This document shows positions 9,213 through 18,958 of a stretch of DNA of 64,000 bases, piece after piece. The notes beneath the pieces are model-generated. The model was not told the DNA's origin and made no database searches. It was given only the letters and a program-made list of their open reading frames with translations. Numbering within the stretch: the stretch's first letter is position 1; each line of letters starts with the position of its first letter. This stretch comes from an uncultured Fluviicola sp. (lineage in GTDB: Bacteria; Bacteroidota; Bacteroidia; Flavobacteriales_D; Crocinitomicaceae), in assembly GCA_913009205.1 (NCBI GenBank), contig CAJVYC010000011.1, forward strand, positions 2,442 to 66,441. The letters are read 5' to 3'. A program made the translations under genes and the position numbers.

Positions 9213-10865
9213 TTAATTTCCTAAGATAGTATAGTACTCATCTTGTTTGTTGAAAATTTCGATTGCAGCTGTGATGTACTCATCATCTTTAAATGCATGT
9301 TGCGCTCTTCCTTTTTGGAAATGGTACCGTGAAACAATTTCGTTTTCAACCAAACGGATAATCTCTGGCTTAAATTTTTCTAAATCTCTTTCTTTAGACG
9401 GAACTACTTTTTCAAGAAGCAGTTCATACTCCGTTTTCATGTCATTATAGAATCCTTCTTCCTCTGCTGTTTTCTTCATTTTCTTCAACATCTCTTCAGA
9501 GGCCGTTGAATAGTTGAAGTCATGTTCAAGAACGAATTTTTTAAATGCTTCATAGTCTGCATTAGGCAAAGAGAAGTCTACCGGTATTTCATCTTCACGA
9601 TGCGTGTAGAAATAGCGAGTAGCATAGTCGAAAACCAAATTTTCACGGAATAAATTCCCTGTTAATCTGCTAAATTCTTTCAAGTCAACCTCAACGTCTG
9701 GTTCAACGCCTCTTCCGTCTATAACATCACGTCCGTTTTTCGTTTTGAAAATTTGAATCAGCGAATCGGGCATTTCTTCAACGTTATCGCCATCTAATTT
9801 ATCGTAATATTCCAATCGTTGCACGCACCTGCCTGAGGGTGTATAGTACTTTGCTATTGTCAATTTCATTTTTGATCCATAGTCCAAATCGTACGTTCTT
9901 TGAACAAGACCTTTTCCATAAGACTGCGTTCCTACAATTACAGCGCGATCCAAATCTTGTAAACTTCCTGAAACGATTTCACTTGCCGAAGCAGAACCTT
10001 CATCGACCAATATCACAACTGGAATATCAAGATCAATAGGACTATTCATAGTTTTATAAGATCTATTTTCTTCTGCTACTCTACCTTTGGTTGTGACAAC
10101 AATTTGATTGTTGGGAATAAACATATTTACGATTTTTACCGCTTCGATCAAAAGTCCACCTCCATTCCCTCGTAAGTCAAATACTAGTTTTTGCATTCCT
10201 TCCGACTTCAATTCACTGTATGCTTTGATTACCTCTTGAGATGCCGTTTTAGTGAAACTACTCAATTTAATATATCCTACGTTTTCATTGATCATACCTG
10301 AATAAGGAACATCCGGAATTTTTATTTCAGCACGCTCAAAGGAAACAGTCATCATTTCGCCACCATTTCGTTCAACCAATATATTAACCTTAGTTGCTTT
10401 AGGGCCTTTCAAAGCAGCAGAAACTTCACTAGAAGGCTTTCCTTTCATATCATTGCCATTGATTTCAATAATTTTATCTCCGGCCATTAAACCAGCATCC
10501 TGCGCTGGGTTTCCTTCGGAGGGTTCAGAGATATACGTGTAATCACCCATTTTTCTAATCAAAGCGCCAATGCCTCCGTATTGCCCAGTTGTAATGAGGC
10601 GGTAATCTTCAATATCTGTTTCATGGTAATAAACAGTGTAAGGGTCGAGTTCTTTTAGCATTGCGTCAATCGCAGTTTTAGAAAGACTTCCAGCATTTAA
10701 ATCATCCACATAGTACTTTTCCAAGTACTCGTATATTTGATCCATTAACTCTAAGCTTCTTACAACCTCAAAACCATTGGATTGAGAGTATGAAACACTC
10801 GATATTGAAATAAGAACAATTGTGATTGTTCTTGAAATGAATTTGTTACATCTAAATATTTTCAT
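9213..10865 (-). CDS. S41 family C-terminal processing peptidase with PDZ domain
   Basis: PDZ segment (PAQDAGLMAGDKIIEING), catalytic region LRGNGGGLL and LVDEGSASASEI...YGKGLVQ, and an N-terminal signal sequence. Confidence 0.92.
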   Translation of the reverse strand: MKIFRCNKFISRTITIVLISISSVSYSQSNGFEVVRSLELMDQIYEYLEKYYVDDLNAGSLSKTAIDAMLKELDPYTVYYHETDIEDYRLITTGQYGGIGALIRKMGDYTYISEPSEGNPAQDAGLMAGDKIIEINGNDMKGKPSSEVSAALKGPKATKVNILVERNGGEMMTVSFERAEIKIPDVPYSGMINENVGYIKLSSFTKTASQEVIKAYSELKSEGMQKLVFDLRGNGGGLLIEAVKIVNMFIPNNQIVVTTKGRVAEENRSYKTMNSPIDLDIPVVILVDEGSASASEIVSGSLQDLDRAVIVGTQSYGKGLVQRTYDLDYGSKMKLTIAKYYTPSGRCVQRLEYYDKLDGDNVEEMPDSLIQIFKTKNGRDVIDGRGVEPDVEVDLKEFSRLTGNLFRENLVFDYATRYFYTHREDEIPVDFSLPNADYEAFKKFVLEHDFNYSTASEEMLKKMKKTAEEEGFYNDMKTEYELLLEKVVPSKERDLEKFKPEIIRLVENEIVSRYHFQKGRAQHAFKDDEYITAAIEIFNKQDEYYTILGN

Positions 10866-11241
10866 CTAAATCATCTATTATTTTGTTGAACAGTTTTTGA
10901 GTTTTGCGATTCAAAAGTTCAATGGCCAACTCTTCTTTGGCACTGTATATTAGGCAAATGCCAAGGGTTAATTTTTTATTATTTAATGGCTCTTCCAGAA
11001 TCTGTTTATTCAGTCTAATAGCCTCTTTACACAACCGCTTTATTCTATTTCGTTGAAACGCGTTTTTAAAGGTTCTCTTTGGAGCGGAAATCACCATTTG
11101 AAAGGGTGCATCATTGTTAAGCTCAACCTTTTTGTACTTTGCGATAAGCGGGTAAGATTTTACTGTCACGCCAGATTCAAAAACCTCATCAATCAGTTTC
11201 TTACTGCATAACTTGTATGCCTTCCCAAAAGAATGGTTCAT
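10852..11241 (-). CDS. rnpA: Ribonuclease P protein component
   Basis: 129-aa basic protein with the RNR motif region FKNAFQRNRIKRLCKEAIR. It overlaps the downstream peptidase gene by 14 nt. Confidence 0.88.
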   Translation of the reverse strand: MNHSFGKAYKLCSKKLIDEVFESGVTVKSYPLIAKYKKVELNNDAPFQMVISAPKRTFKNAFQRNRIKRLCKEAIRLNKQILEEPLNNKKLTLGICLIYSAKEELAIELLNRKTQKLFNKIIDDLDENI

Positions 11242-11257
11242 TAAAATTTTGATAAAA

Positions 11258-11677
11258 TCATTTATTGAACGAATCCTCTTTCTCTAAGCGAGGTAAAAAG
11301 ACGTCCTCTTTAATAATAAAGCTCGTAGGGAACTCTGTTTCAATTGCGGCTTTTACTTTCTCAGCTTCCAATCTAGTTCTGAAATCTCCCACTTTTAAAA
11401 AGAAGTTAGGTGTTTTAAATTCTACATATGTATCAATCTTAGGAAATCGAGAAATGAATCTAAAGCGTGCATCATTGATGTTCGCGCGGTCTGAATCAAA
11501 GTACAATTGTACTCTATAGCCATCTATGTGCGGCTTTACTTCCGGAGGAGTAATCTGACTTTGCTTGGCTACAAGAGCATTAATCCGACCGTCTTTAACA
11601 ACTTTTACATCTCCCTGTTGTGCAAATAGTGCAGAACTGTTAATGCAAATTAATCCAATTATTAAGTTCTTAATCAT
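11258..11677 (-). CDS. SPOR domain-containing protein
   Basis: Signal peptide plus a SPOR-like beta-alpha-beta repeat: GYRVQLYFDSDRANINDARFRF...FFLKVGDFRTRLEAEKVKAAI. Confidence 0.8.
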   Translation of the reverse strand: MIKNLIIGLICINSSALFAQQGDVKVVKDGRINALVAKQSQITPPEVKPHIDGYRVQLYFDSDRANINDARFRFISRFPKIDTYVEFKTPNFFLKVGDFRTRLEAEKVKAAIETEFPTSFIIKEDVFLPRLEKEDSFNK

Positions 11678-11878
11678 AATTGTTGTTCATTTCTATAACG
11701 TAAAAATACAAAATTGTTTAATCAATCTTCATGCCGAAGCTTTTATCTTCCTTGCGAATTAGTTGTAAATCCATTAGTTCAATATATATGGAGTATAAGG
11801 CTTATTTAGAATCATTTTAAATTAAATATTTCTGAGCCAAAATTGTCATAAAACTGTCACGAAATGACACAATTCTAC

Positions 11879-11886
11879 TAAATTTG
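11879..11886 (+). promoter_or_regulatory. Candidate -7 promoter box (TAAATTTG) of the act-cox operon
   Basis: Exact TAnnTTTG match 48 nt upstream of the actA ATG, in a 256-bp AT-rich intergenic region. Confidence 0.5.
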
Positions 11887-11933
11887 CAAGCGTCAAAAAG
11901 CGTTTTTTTGGCGTTAGACTAACAGTTTTTTAT

Positions 11934-13292
11934 ATGAAAATATCTAGTAGTCAGATGTTTAGAAATCTTAACAAATGGCGCCTCAGTGCTTTAACAATAT
12001 TGTTATTAGCAGGGGCATTCAACTCTCAAGCACAGGGTGGCGATCTTTTTAAGGCGAAATGTGCAACATGTCACAAAGTATTTGATGACATGACTGGACC
12101 TAAGCTCTACGGTGTAAGAGATCGTTGGGAAGAAGGGGGTGCAGGTGAAGAGGTCATTATCCAATGGGTACGTAACCAAGATGTTGCGGCAGCGATGAAT
12201 GCGTTCGCTAATGAGCGTATTTCATGGTCGGGTTCTGCAATGACAAAATTCGGTAATCAACTTTCTGACGAAGAAATCATTTCAATCTTGAACTGGGTTG
12301 ATGAACAAGTAGTGGCTACTGCCAACAATGTAGGTCCTGAAGGAGTCATTGGTGGTGAAGGTGACTCTGAAGAGTCAGGTCTTGATTGGATTTGGTATGT
12401 TGTAGGGGGATTGTTTGTGGTGATAATCCTATCAGTAGGAGGTGTTCGTCGCCAATTGAAAAGTGCTGATGCTGAAGCTTCAGGTGGTACTTTTAATGCA
12501 AGCATGAGCTATTCTGACGAATTCAAACAATGGGCCTGGATTAATAAAAAATACGTTGGATTTGGTGGACTGATAATTGTAGTGGGAGTAATAGTTACAT
12601 TATTCTTAGGGCTTTATTCTATTGGAGTTGTGGAAGGGTATCAACCGTCTCAGCCAATTGCATTTCCGCATGATGTTCATTCGGGGTTGAATGGTATTGA
12701 TTGTAAGTATTGTCACAATTCAGTTACTGAATCTAAATCTGCCGGTCTTCCCACTGTTAATGTATGTATGAACTGTCACAAGCAAATCAAAGGTGAAGGA
12801 GAGCAGGTTGCTCAAATTCAAAAAATCTACGATGCTGCTGGTTGGGATGGTATGAAATATACAAATGTTACGAAGCCAATTATCTGGAACAAGGTTCACG
12901 TTTTACCGGATCATGTTTATTTCAATCACAAACAACACGTTGGTGTAGGTGGAGTAGATTGTGCGCAGTGTCATGGCGATATGACTAAAATGAATGAAAC
13001 AGCGAAAGTTAGAACTTCAGAGGAGTTGAATGCTGTTAAAGAAAATATTGAGGGTGAGATTAATTTCACTAAACCAACGCTTACGATGGGTTGGTGTATT
13101 GAATGCCACGATCAGAAAGAGATTTCTGTCGGACCTATCAATACGAAAGATCAAGGTAAGAACGGTTACTATAATGAAATTCACAAGAGACTATTGAGTG
13201 GTGATAAAGCACTTTACAGTGAGTACTTGGAAGACAATAAAGTAACTGTTAAAGAACTTGGCGGATGGGAATGCGCGAAGTGCCATTATTAA
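11934..13292 (+). CDS. actA: Alternative complex III subunit ActA (pentahaem cytochrome c) fused to an N-terminal monohaem class-I cytochrome c domain
   Basis: Six CxxCH motifs: CATCH, CKYCH, CMNCH, CAQCH, CIECH and CAKCH. It has a signal sequence and hydrophobic helices, and sits first in the act cluster. Confidence 0.93.
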   Translation: MKISSSQMFRNLNKWRLSALTILLLAGAFNSQAQGGDLFKAKCATCHKVFDDMTGPKLYGVRDRWEEGGAGEEVIIQWVRNQDVAAAMNAFANERISWSGSAMTKFGNQLSDEEIISILNWVDEQVVATANNVGPEGVIGGEGDSEESGLDWIWYVVGGLFVVIILSVGGVRRQLKSADAEASGGTFNASMSYSDEFKQWAWINKKYVGFGGLIIVVGVIVTLFLGLYSIGVVEGYQPSQPIAFPHDVHSGLNGIDCKYCHNSVTESKSAGLPTVNVCMNCHKQIKGEGEQVAQIQKIYDAAGWDGMKYTNVTKPIIWNKVHVLPDHVYFNHKQHVGVGGVDCAQCHGDMTKMNETAKVRTSEELNAVKENIEGEINFTKPTLTMGWCIECHDQKEISVGPINTKDQGKNGYYNEIHKRLLSGDKALYSEYLEDNKVTVKELGGWECAKCHY

Positions 13293-13322
13293 TAAAGTAC
13301 TAGAAGAATTCGAAATAAGAAT

Positions 13323-16300
13323 ATGGCAATGGAAAGAAAATATTGGAAAGGAATTGATGAGTTGAAAGAGACTTCACAATTTCTAGAATCCGGCGATAAA
13401 GAGTTTCCAGCACAAAATTCAGTTGAAGAATTTTTGGGCGATGAAAGTCTACAAGAGTCATCTACAGGACGTAGAGATTTCCTTAAGTTTTTAGGATTTA
13501 GTGTTGCCGCAGCTACGGTTGCAGCATGTGAGGCTCCTGTTACTAAGGCTATTCCTTATGTAAACAAACCTGAGAATGTTACACCTGGAATGCCGACTTG
13601 GTATGCCTCTACTTACTACGACGGTATGTCGTATGCAAGTATTCTTGTTAAAACAAGAGAGGGCCGACCAATTTTTGTGAAAGGAAATAAAGATTTCGGA
13701 ATCACTAGTGGTGCTATCAATCCGCAAATCGCAGCGTCTGTTCTAGGGCTTTACGATAGCCAAAGATTGACTCGACCTACAATTAATGGTGATGCTAAGT
13801 CATATAAAGATATTGATAAAGGTGTCAAAGCAGGATTGAAATCAGCCAATAAGGTTGTTCTTGTATCAAACACGATTATTAGCCCATCACTTGGAGAATC
13901 AATACGATTGTTGGGTGAGTCTATTGGCGCTGATAAGTTTGAGCACATTCAATACGATGCTGTTTCCTACGCAGGTATGAGAGCTGCAAACAAATTGACT
14001 TTTGGAGATCTTAGCTCGCCCATGATGGATGCGGAAGGAAATGAGGTTGTAAATCCAAACGCTGAGGACAAGGCAGGAATTATTCCAAACTATGATTTCT
14101 CTAAAGCAAAAACAATTGTTTCTGTTGGAGCTGATTTCTTGAACTCTTGGTTAATGCCAACTGTATTTAGTTCTCAATACGGAGAAACTAGAAACCCAGA
14201 TGGTGAATGGATGTCGAAGCACTTCCAGTTCGAATCAATGATGTCGATTACTGGTTCTAACGCAGATGTTAGAGCGATGATCAAACCATCTGAGCAAGTA
14301 AATGTTCTTTCATATATCTTGAAAGGATTTGGTGTTGACGCTGGTGTCTCATCTAGCTTGGAAGGCAAGGCATTAGCAGGAGCTAAGAAAGCTGCTGATA
14401 AAGCAATTGAAGCACTTAAACACTCTGGAGCTGATTCATTGGTAGTTTGTGGTTCAAATGAAACTTCGGTTCAAGTTCTTACGAATAAATTGAATCACGT
14501 TTTAGGAGCTTACAACTCAACTATAAACATTAACAACGAAATTAATTTGTTCAAGTCAGAAGATGACAAAATGAGCAAATTTGCGAAAGACGTTGCCGAC
14601 GGAAAGGGACCTGATGGAGTTATTCTTTACGGAGTAAATCCAACATACACACTTCCCAATGGTAAAGCATTCGCGAAAGGATTGAAAAAAGTGAAGACCT
14701 CAGTTTCAATGTCGCTTTTCGCTGACGAAACTGCAATAAACTGTAAGTATGTTGCATCTGATCTTCACGCTCTTGAGTCTTGGGCTGATGCTTGGCCAGT
14801 TAAGAACCACTATAGTGTTTCACAACCAACGATTCGTCCACTTCATAATACTGCGTCCGCACTAGAGTCATTCTTAGTATGGGCAGGTGAAAAGACGAGA
14901 AGCGGTAAAGATTCTCAAGTAGGACACGATTTCATTCAAAGTATTTGGGATTTATACGGTTTCCAAGATCCAATGCAAACAAAATATTCTGACTTCCATA
15001 CCTATTGGAACATGATGGTTCACAACAGTTGTGACAACATGATGGAAGTTGAAACTTCCAACCCAGAATTCGATGCTGATTCAATGTCAGGATTGAAATT
15101 TGCGAAAGCAAGCGGAACTGAAGTTGTAATGTATCAAAAAGCAGGAATAGGGGTTGGAGCGCATGCGAACAACCCTTGGTTGCAAGAGATGCCAGACCCA
15201 ATGACGAAAGTGACTTGGGACAACTACTTCACAATGAACCCTGTTACAATGTCAAAGGATGGTTATGCAACTACTTTCGATCAAGAGAACGGGTTGAACA
15301 TGGCTACTGTCAAAGTAAACGGAAAAAGTATTAAACTTCCAGTTTTCCCATTACCAGGACAAGCAATCGACACAGTGGGGGTTGCTCTTGGGTATGGTAG
15401 AGGAGGAAACGGGGAAAAAATTGGCAAGGGAGCTTATCAAACCAAGGAATACGGTGGTCATGTAGAAGGTGAGAATGGAAAGCCTGCTTCAATTGGAGCA
15501 AACGCTTTTGCGTTCACTAGTCTATCAAATGGTACGTATACGACTTACGCTTCTGGTTCACTTAAGAAAGCTGAAGGTGTTCACCCAATTGCAGCGACGC
15601 AGATTCACTCAACTGTAATGGCGCGTCACTCAATTATTAGAGAAACTACAAAATCTACTTATGACAAGCCAAATAGCAAAGAAGCTTACAACCCAACTTG
15701 GACATTAAAGAAATTAGACGAGCACGGACATCACGTTGATAAGCCAATGTCTGATTTCGATTTATGGGATGCTCATCCAGTTGAAAAGATTGGTCACCGG
15801 TGGGGTATGACTATCGATCTTTCATCATGTTTTGGATGTGGTACATGTTTGATTGCTTGTCAAGCGGAAAATAATGTTCCCGTTGTAGGTAAAGATGAGG
15901 TTAGAAGAGGTCGAGAAATGCACTGGTTAAGAATTGACCGATATTTTGCATCAGATGAAGAAGCAGCTCCTGGTCAAAGAAAAGACAAAGACACATTTAG
16001 TTTTGGTGCGGCAGAAATTGCAGCTGAAAACCCAATGGTTGTTCACCAACCAATGATGTGTCATCACTGTAATCACGCACCTTGTGAAACAGTTTGTCCT
16101 GTAGCAGCAACAACACATAGTAATGAAGGATTGAACCAAATGACGTACAACAGATGTATCGGCACAAGATATTGTGCGAACAACTGTCCTTATAAAGTAC
16201 GTCGTTTCAACTGGTTCAACTATCCTTCTTACAAAGCACAAGTAGAAATTAACCCAGCACAAGATGATCTAGGTCGTATGGTGTTAAATCCAGACGTTAC

Positions 16301-16658
16301 AGTTAGAACGCGTGGTGTGATGGAGAAGTGTTCTATGTGTGTTCAACGAATTCAAGCTGGAAAACTAGACGCTAAGTCGGAAGGAAGAGCGGTTGTTGAT
16401 GGAGATTACTCTACAGCATGTTCTGACGTTTGTCCGGCAAATGCAATAACTGTTGGTGATTGGAATGATCTAACATCAATGCTTCGTAAGAGTGCAGACG
16501 ATGACAGAGCGTATCAAGCACTTGAAGAAGTAGGTGTTAAACCCAATGTTTGGTTCAAGGTTAAGGTGCGTAACGAGGATAATAAAGCGTTAGCAGAGCA
16601 TCAAGTAATCGAGCACAAGGAAGAAGGGCACGGAAAGAAAGCAAATAGTCATCATTAA
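13323..16658 (+). CDS. actB: Alternative complex III subunit ActB (molybdopterin-oxidoreductase-like plus FeS subunit, Tat-exported)
   Basis: Twin-arginine signal (GRRDFLKFLGFSVAAA). Ferredoxin-type Cys clusters CFGCGTCLIAC, CHHCNHAPCETVCP, CIGTRYCANNCPYKV and CSMCVQRI. 1111 aa. Confidence 0.95.
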   Translation: MAMERKYWKGIDELKETSQFLESGDKEFPAQNSVEEFLGDESLQESSTGRRDFLKFLGFSVAAATVAACEAPVTKAIPYVNKPENVTPGMPTWYASTYYDGMSYASILVKTREGRPIFVKGNKDFGITSGAINPQIAASVLGLYDSQRLTRPTINGDAKSYKDIDKGVKAGLKSANKVVLVSNTIISPSLGESIRLLGESIGADKFEHIQYDAVSYAGMRAANKLTFGDLSSPMMDAEGNEVVNPNAEDKAGIIPNYDFSKAKTIVSVGADFLNSWLMPTVFSSQYGETRNPDGEWMSKHFQFESMMSITGSNADVRAMIKPSEQVNVLSYILKGFGVDAGVSSSLEGKALAGAKKAADKAIEALKHSGADSLVVCGSNETSVQVLTNKLNHVLGAYNSTININNEINLFKSEDDKMSKFAKDVADGKGPDGVILYGVNPTYTLPNGKAFAKGLKKVKTSVSMSLFADETAINCKYVASDLHALESWADAWPVKNHYSVSQPTIRPLHNTASALESFLVWAGEKTRSGKDSQVGHDFIQSIWDLYGFQDPMQTKYSDFHTYWNMMVHNSCDNMMEVETSNPEFDADSMSGLKFAKASGTEVVMYQKAGIGVGAHANNPWLQEMPDPMTKVTWDNYFTMNPVTMSKDGYATTFDQENGLNMATVKVNGKSIKLPVFPLPGQAIDTVGVALGYGRGGNGEKIGKGAYQTKEYGGHVEGENGKPASIGANAFAFTSLSNGTYTTYASGSLKKAEGVHPIAATQIHSTVMARHSIIRETTKSTYDKPNSKEAYNPTWTLKKLDEHGHHVDKPMSDFDLWDAHPVEKIGHRWGMTIDLSSCFGCGTCLIACQAENNVPVVGKDEVRRGREMHWLRIDRYFASDEEAAPGQRKDKDTFSFGAAEIAAENPMVVHQPMMCHHCNHAPCETVCPVAATTHSNEGLNQMTYNRCIGTRYCANNCPYKVRRFNWFNYPSYKAQVEINPAQDDLGRMVLNPDVTVRTRGVMEKCSMCVQRIQAGKLDAKSEGRAVVDGDYSTACSDVCPANAITVGDWNDLTSMLRKSADDDRAYQALEEVGVKPNVWFKVKVRNEDNKALAEHQVIEHKEEGHGKKANSHH

Positions 16659-16678
16659 CCGAAATAAAACCTATTGTA

Positions 16679-18400
16679 ATGCATAAGGAAGCAGCAATTA
16701 GAGAACCCCTCATACTAGGTCATAAGACCTATCATGACATTACAGAAGATGTATGTCGACCAATTGAGGACAAGGCACCTAGAATGTGGTATATCCTGTT
16801 CGGGATTGCTTTGATAATTGGTCTATACGGAATCGGATGTATCTTGTATCTATTGGGTACGGGTGTCGGTGTATGGGGATTGAACAAGACCGTTGGTTGG
16901 GCTTGGGATATTACCAATTTCGTTTGGTGGGTAGGAATTGGACACGCAGGAACCTTGATTTCGGCTGTGCTTCTACTCTTCCGTCAGAAATGGAGGATGG
17001 CAATTAACCGTTCCGCTGAAGCAATGACAATCTTCGCCGTATTTATGGCAGGTTTGTTCCCATTGATTCACATGGGACGTCTTTGGTTAGGATATTGGGT
17101 ATTGCCGTTGCCAAACCAGTTCGGTTCACTCTGGGTAAACTTTAACTCACCACTACTGTGGGATGTTTTTGCCATTTCAACTTATCTTTCTGTATCATTA
17201 GTATTCTGGTACATTGGTTTGATTCCTGATTTTGCAACAATTAGAGATAGAGCAAAAAGACCTATTCCAAAGAAGATGTATTCTATTCTTTCTTTCGGTT
17301 GGTCAGGTAGAGCAAAAAACTGGAATAGATTTGAACTTGTTTCTCTTGTATTAGCTGGTTTAGCTACTCCACTAGTATTCTCTGTACACTCGATTGTATC
17401 GTTTGATTTCGCCACTTCAGTTATACCTGGTTGGCACACGACTATTTTCCCTCCTTATTTTGTGGCAGGGGCGGTATTCTCAGGATTCGCAATGGTACAA
17501 ACACTGCTGCTCGTTATGCGCAAAGCAATGGGATTAGAGGCATACATTCATCACAAACATGTCGAGTACATGAACATTGTAATTATGGTAACGGGATCCA
17601 TTGTGGGTACTGCATACATTACTGAGCTGTTCATTTCTTGGTATTCTGGTGTTGAATACGAAGCATACGCATTCATTAACCGTGCAACAGGTCCTTATTG
17701 GTGGGCTTACTTCGCGATGATGACGTGTAACGTTGTTTCACCGCAATTAATGTGGTTTAGAAAACTAAGAAGAAGTTTAATCTTTACGTTCATTATTTCA
17801 ATCGTAGTAAACATTGGTATGTGGTTCGAACGTTACGTAATTATTGTAACTTCTATACACAGAGATTACCTCCCGTCTTCATGGAGTATGCACTATCCAA
17901 GTCACATTGATTTAGGTGTATATATTGGAACGATTGGGTTGTTCTTTGTGTTCTTCTTATTGTTTGCACGTTTCTTCCCAGTATTGGCATTGAACGAGTT
18001 AAAAACTATTCTTAAATCTTCAGGAGAATCTTACAAGAATGCTCCAGACGATCACAGTCCAGAACCAAATCCAACTCCTATTGTTGAAGTACCAGTTGCT
18101 GCGCCAGTTGTTGAGGAGGTTAAGGTCGAAGCACCAGTAAATGATGCTCTTTCAGACTTACTTGGAACAATCGGAACGGCAGATGAATCTAAGAAAGATG
18201 ATTTAAAGAAATTGTCTGGTGTAGGTCCAGCGTTTGAAACGGCATTGAATGATGCAGGTATTTGGACCTTTGAGCAAATTAGCAAGATGACAAAATCAGA
18301 GTACGACATGATGGATGCTGTAACGGGTAAATTCCCAGGTAAAGCTGAAAAAGAAGATTGGGCTTCTCAGGCAAAGGAATTAATGAACGCTAATAATTAA
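16679..18400 (+). CDS. actC: Alternative complex III subunit ActC (NrfD/PsrC-like quinol-interacting membrane subunit) with a C-terminal soluble extension
   Basis: Polytopic NrfD-like membrane core, positioned after actB. The last ~130 aa are hydrophilic and contain a helix-hairpin-helix-like LSGVGPAFETALNDAGI motif. Confidence 0.92.
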   Translation: MHKEAAIREPLILGHKTYHDITEDVCRPIEDKAPRMWYILFGIALIIGLYGIGCILYLLGTGVGVWGLNKTVGWAWDITNFVWWVGIGHAGTLISAVLLLFRQKWRMAINRSAEAMTIFAVFMAGLFPLIHMGRLWLGYWVLPLPNQFGSLWVNFNSPLLWDVFAISTYLSVSLVFWYIGLIPDFATIRDRAKRPIPKKMYSILSFGWSGRAKNWNRFELVSLVLAGLATPLVFSVHSIVSFDFATSVIPGWHTTIFPPYFVAGAVFSGFAMVQTLLLVMRKAMGLEAYIHHKHVEYMNIVIMVTGSIVGTAYITELFISWYSGVEYEAYAFINRATGPYWWAYFAMMTCNVVSPQLMWFRKLRRSLIFTFIISIVVNIGMWFERYVIIVTSIHRDYLPSSWSMHYPSHIDLGVYIGTIGLFFVFFLLFARFFPVLALNELKTILKSSGESYKNAPDDHSPEPNPTPIVEVPVAAPVVEEVKVEAPVNDALSDLLGTIGTADESKKDDLKKLSGVGPAFETALNDAGIWTFEQISKMTKSEYDMMDAVTGKFPGKAEKEDWASQAKELMNANN

Positions 18401-18404
18401 AGAC

Positions 18405-18941
18405 ATGGCAGATAAAGTAATATATGCAATGTATGATGACGACGATGTGCTTAAAGACGGCGCGAAGAAGTTGGTGTCAAAAGGTGTAAAGGTCTCTGAG
18501 GTATTCTCACCATTCCCTATTCACGGTATAGATCCAATTATTGGACTTAAGAACACACGTTTAGGAATTATGGCATTCATTTATGGATTGTTTGGGTTGA
18601 CACTCGCAACTCTTGGATTGAGATATTTCATGGTTGTCGATTGGCCAATGAACATTGGTGGTAAACCAAACTTCACCTATATGGAAAACATCTTAGCGTT
18701 TATCCCAATCACATTTGAGTTTACTGTCCTTTGTGCAGCGCACGGAATGGCGATTACTTATTTCCTTAGAAATAAAACATTGCCTGGAATGCCAGCTCAA
18801 AATCCTGACCCAAGAACAACAGATGATAGATTCGTAATTGAATTGAGAACATCTGATAATTCACAGTTTTCAGCTGAAGAGTTGGAAGCGATGGTGAAGG
18901 AAACAGGTATCGTAGAGTTAGATCAAAAAGACATAGCTTAA
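18405..18941 (+). CDS. actD: Alternative complex III subunit ActD (DUF3341)
   Basis: 178 aa with an N-terminal soluble region and two TM helices (GIMAFIYGLFGLTLATLGL, ILAFIPITFEFTVLCAAHGMAI). Conserved position in the cluster. Confidence 0.88.
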   Translation: MADKVIYAMYDDDDVLKDGAKKLVSKGVKVSEVFSPFPIHGIDPIIGLKNTRLGIMAFIYGLFGLTLATLGLRYFMVVDWPMNIGGKPNFTYMENILAFIPITFEFTVLCAAHGMAITYFLRNKTLPGMPAQNPDPRTTDDRFVIELRTSDNSQFSAEELEAMVKETGIVELDQKDIA

Positions 18942-18958
18942 TTTTTCATACAAGACTG

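Noticed and set aside
17823-17831. T-loop-like ggttcgaac strings, here and at 62521, as possible tRNA genes
   Set aside because: Both lie inside well-supported CDSs (actC and the MBL hydrolase). No acceptor or anticodon stems can be drawn around them.
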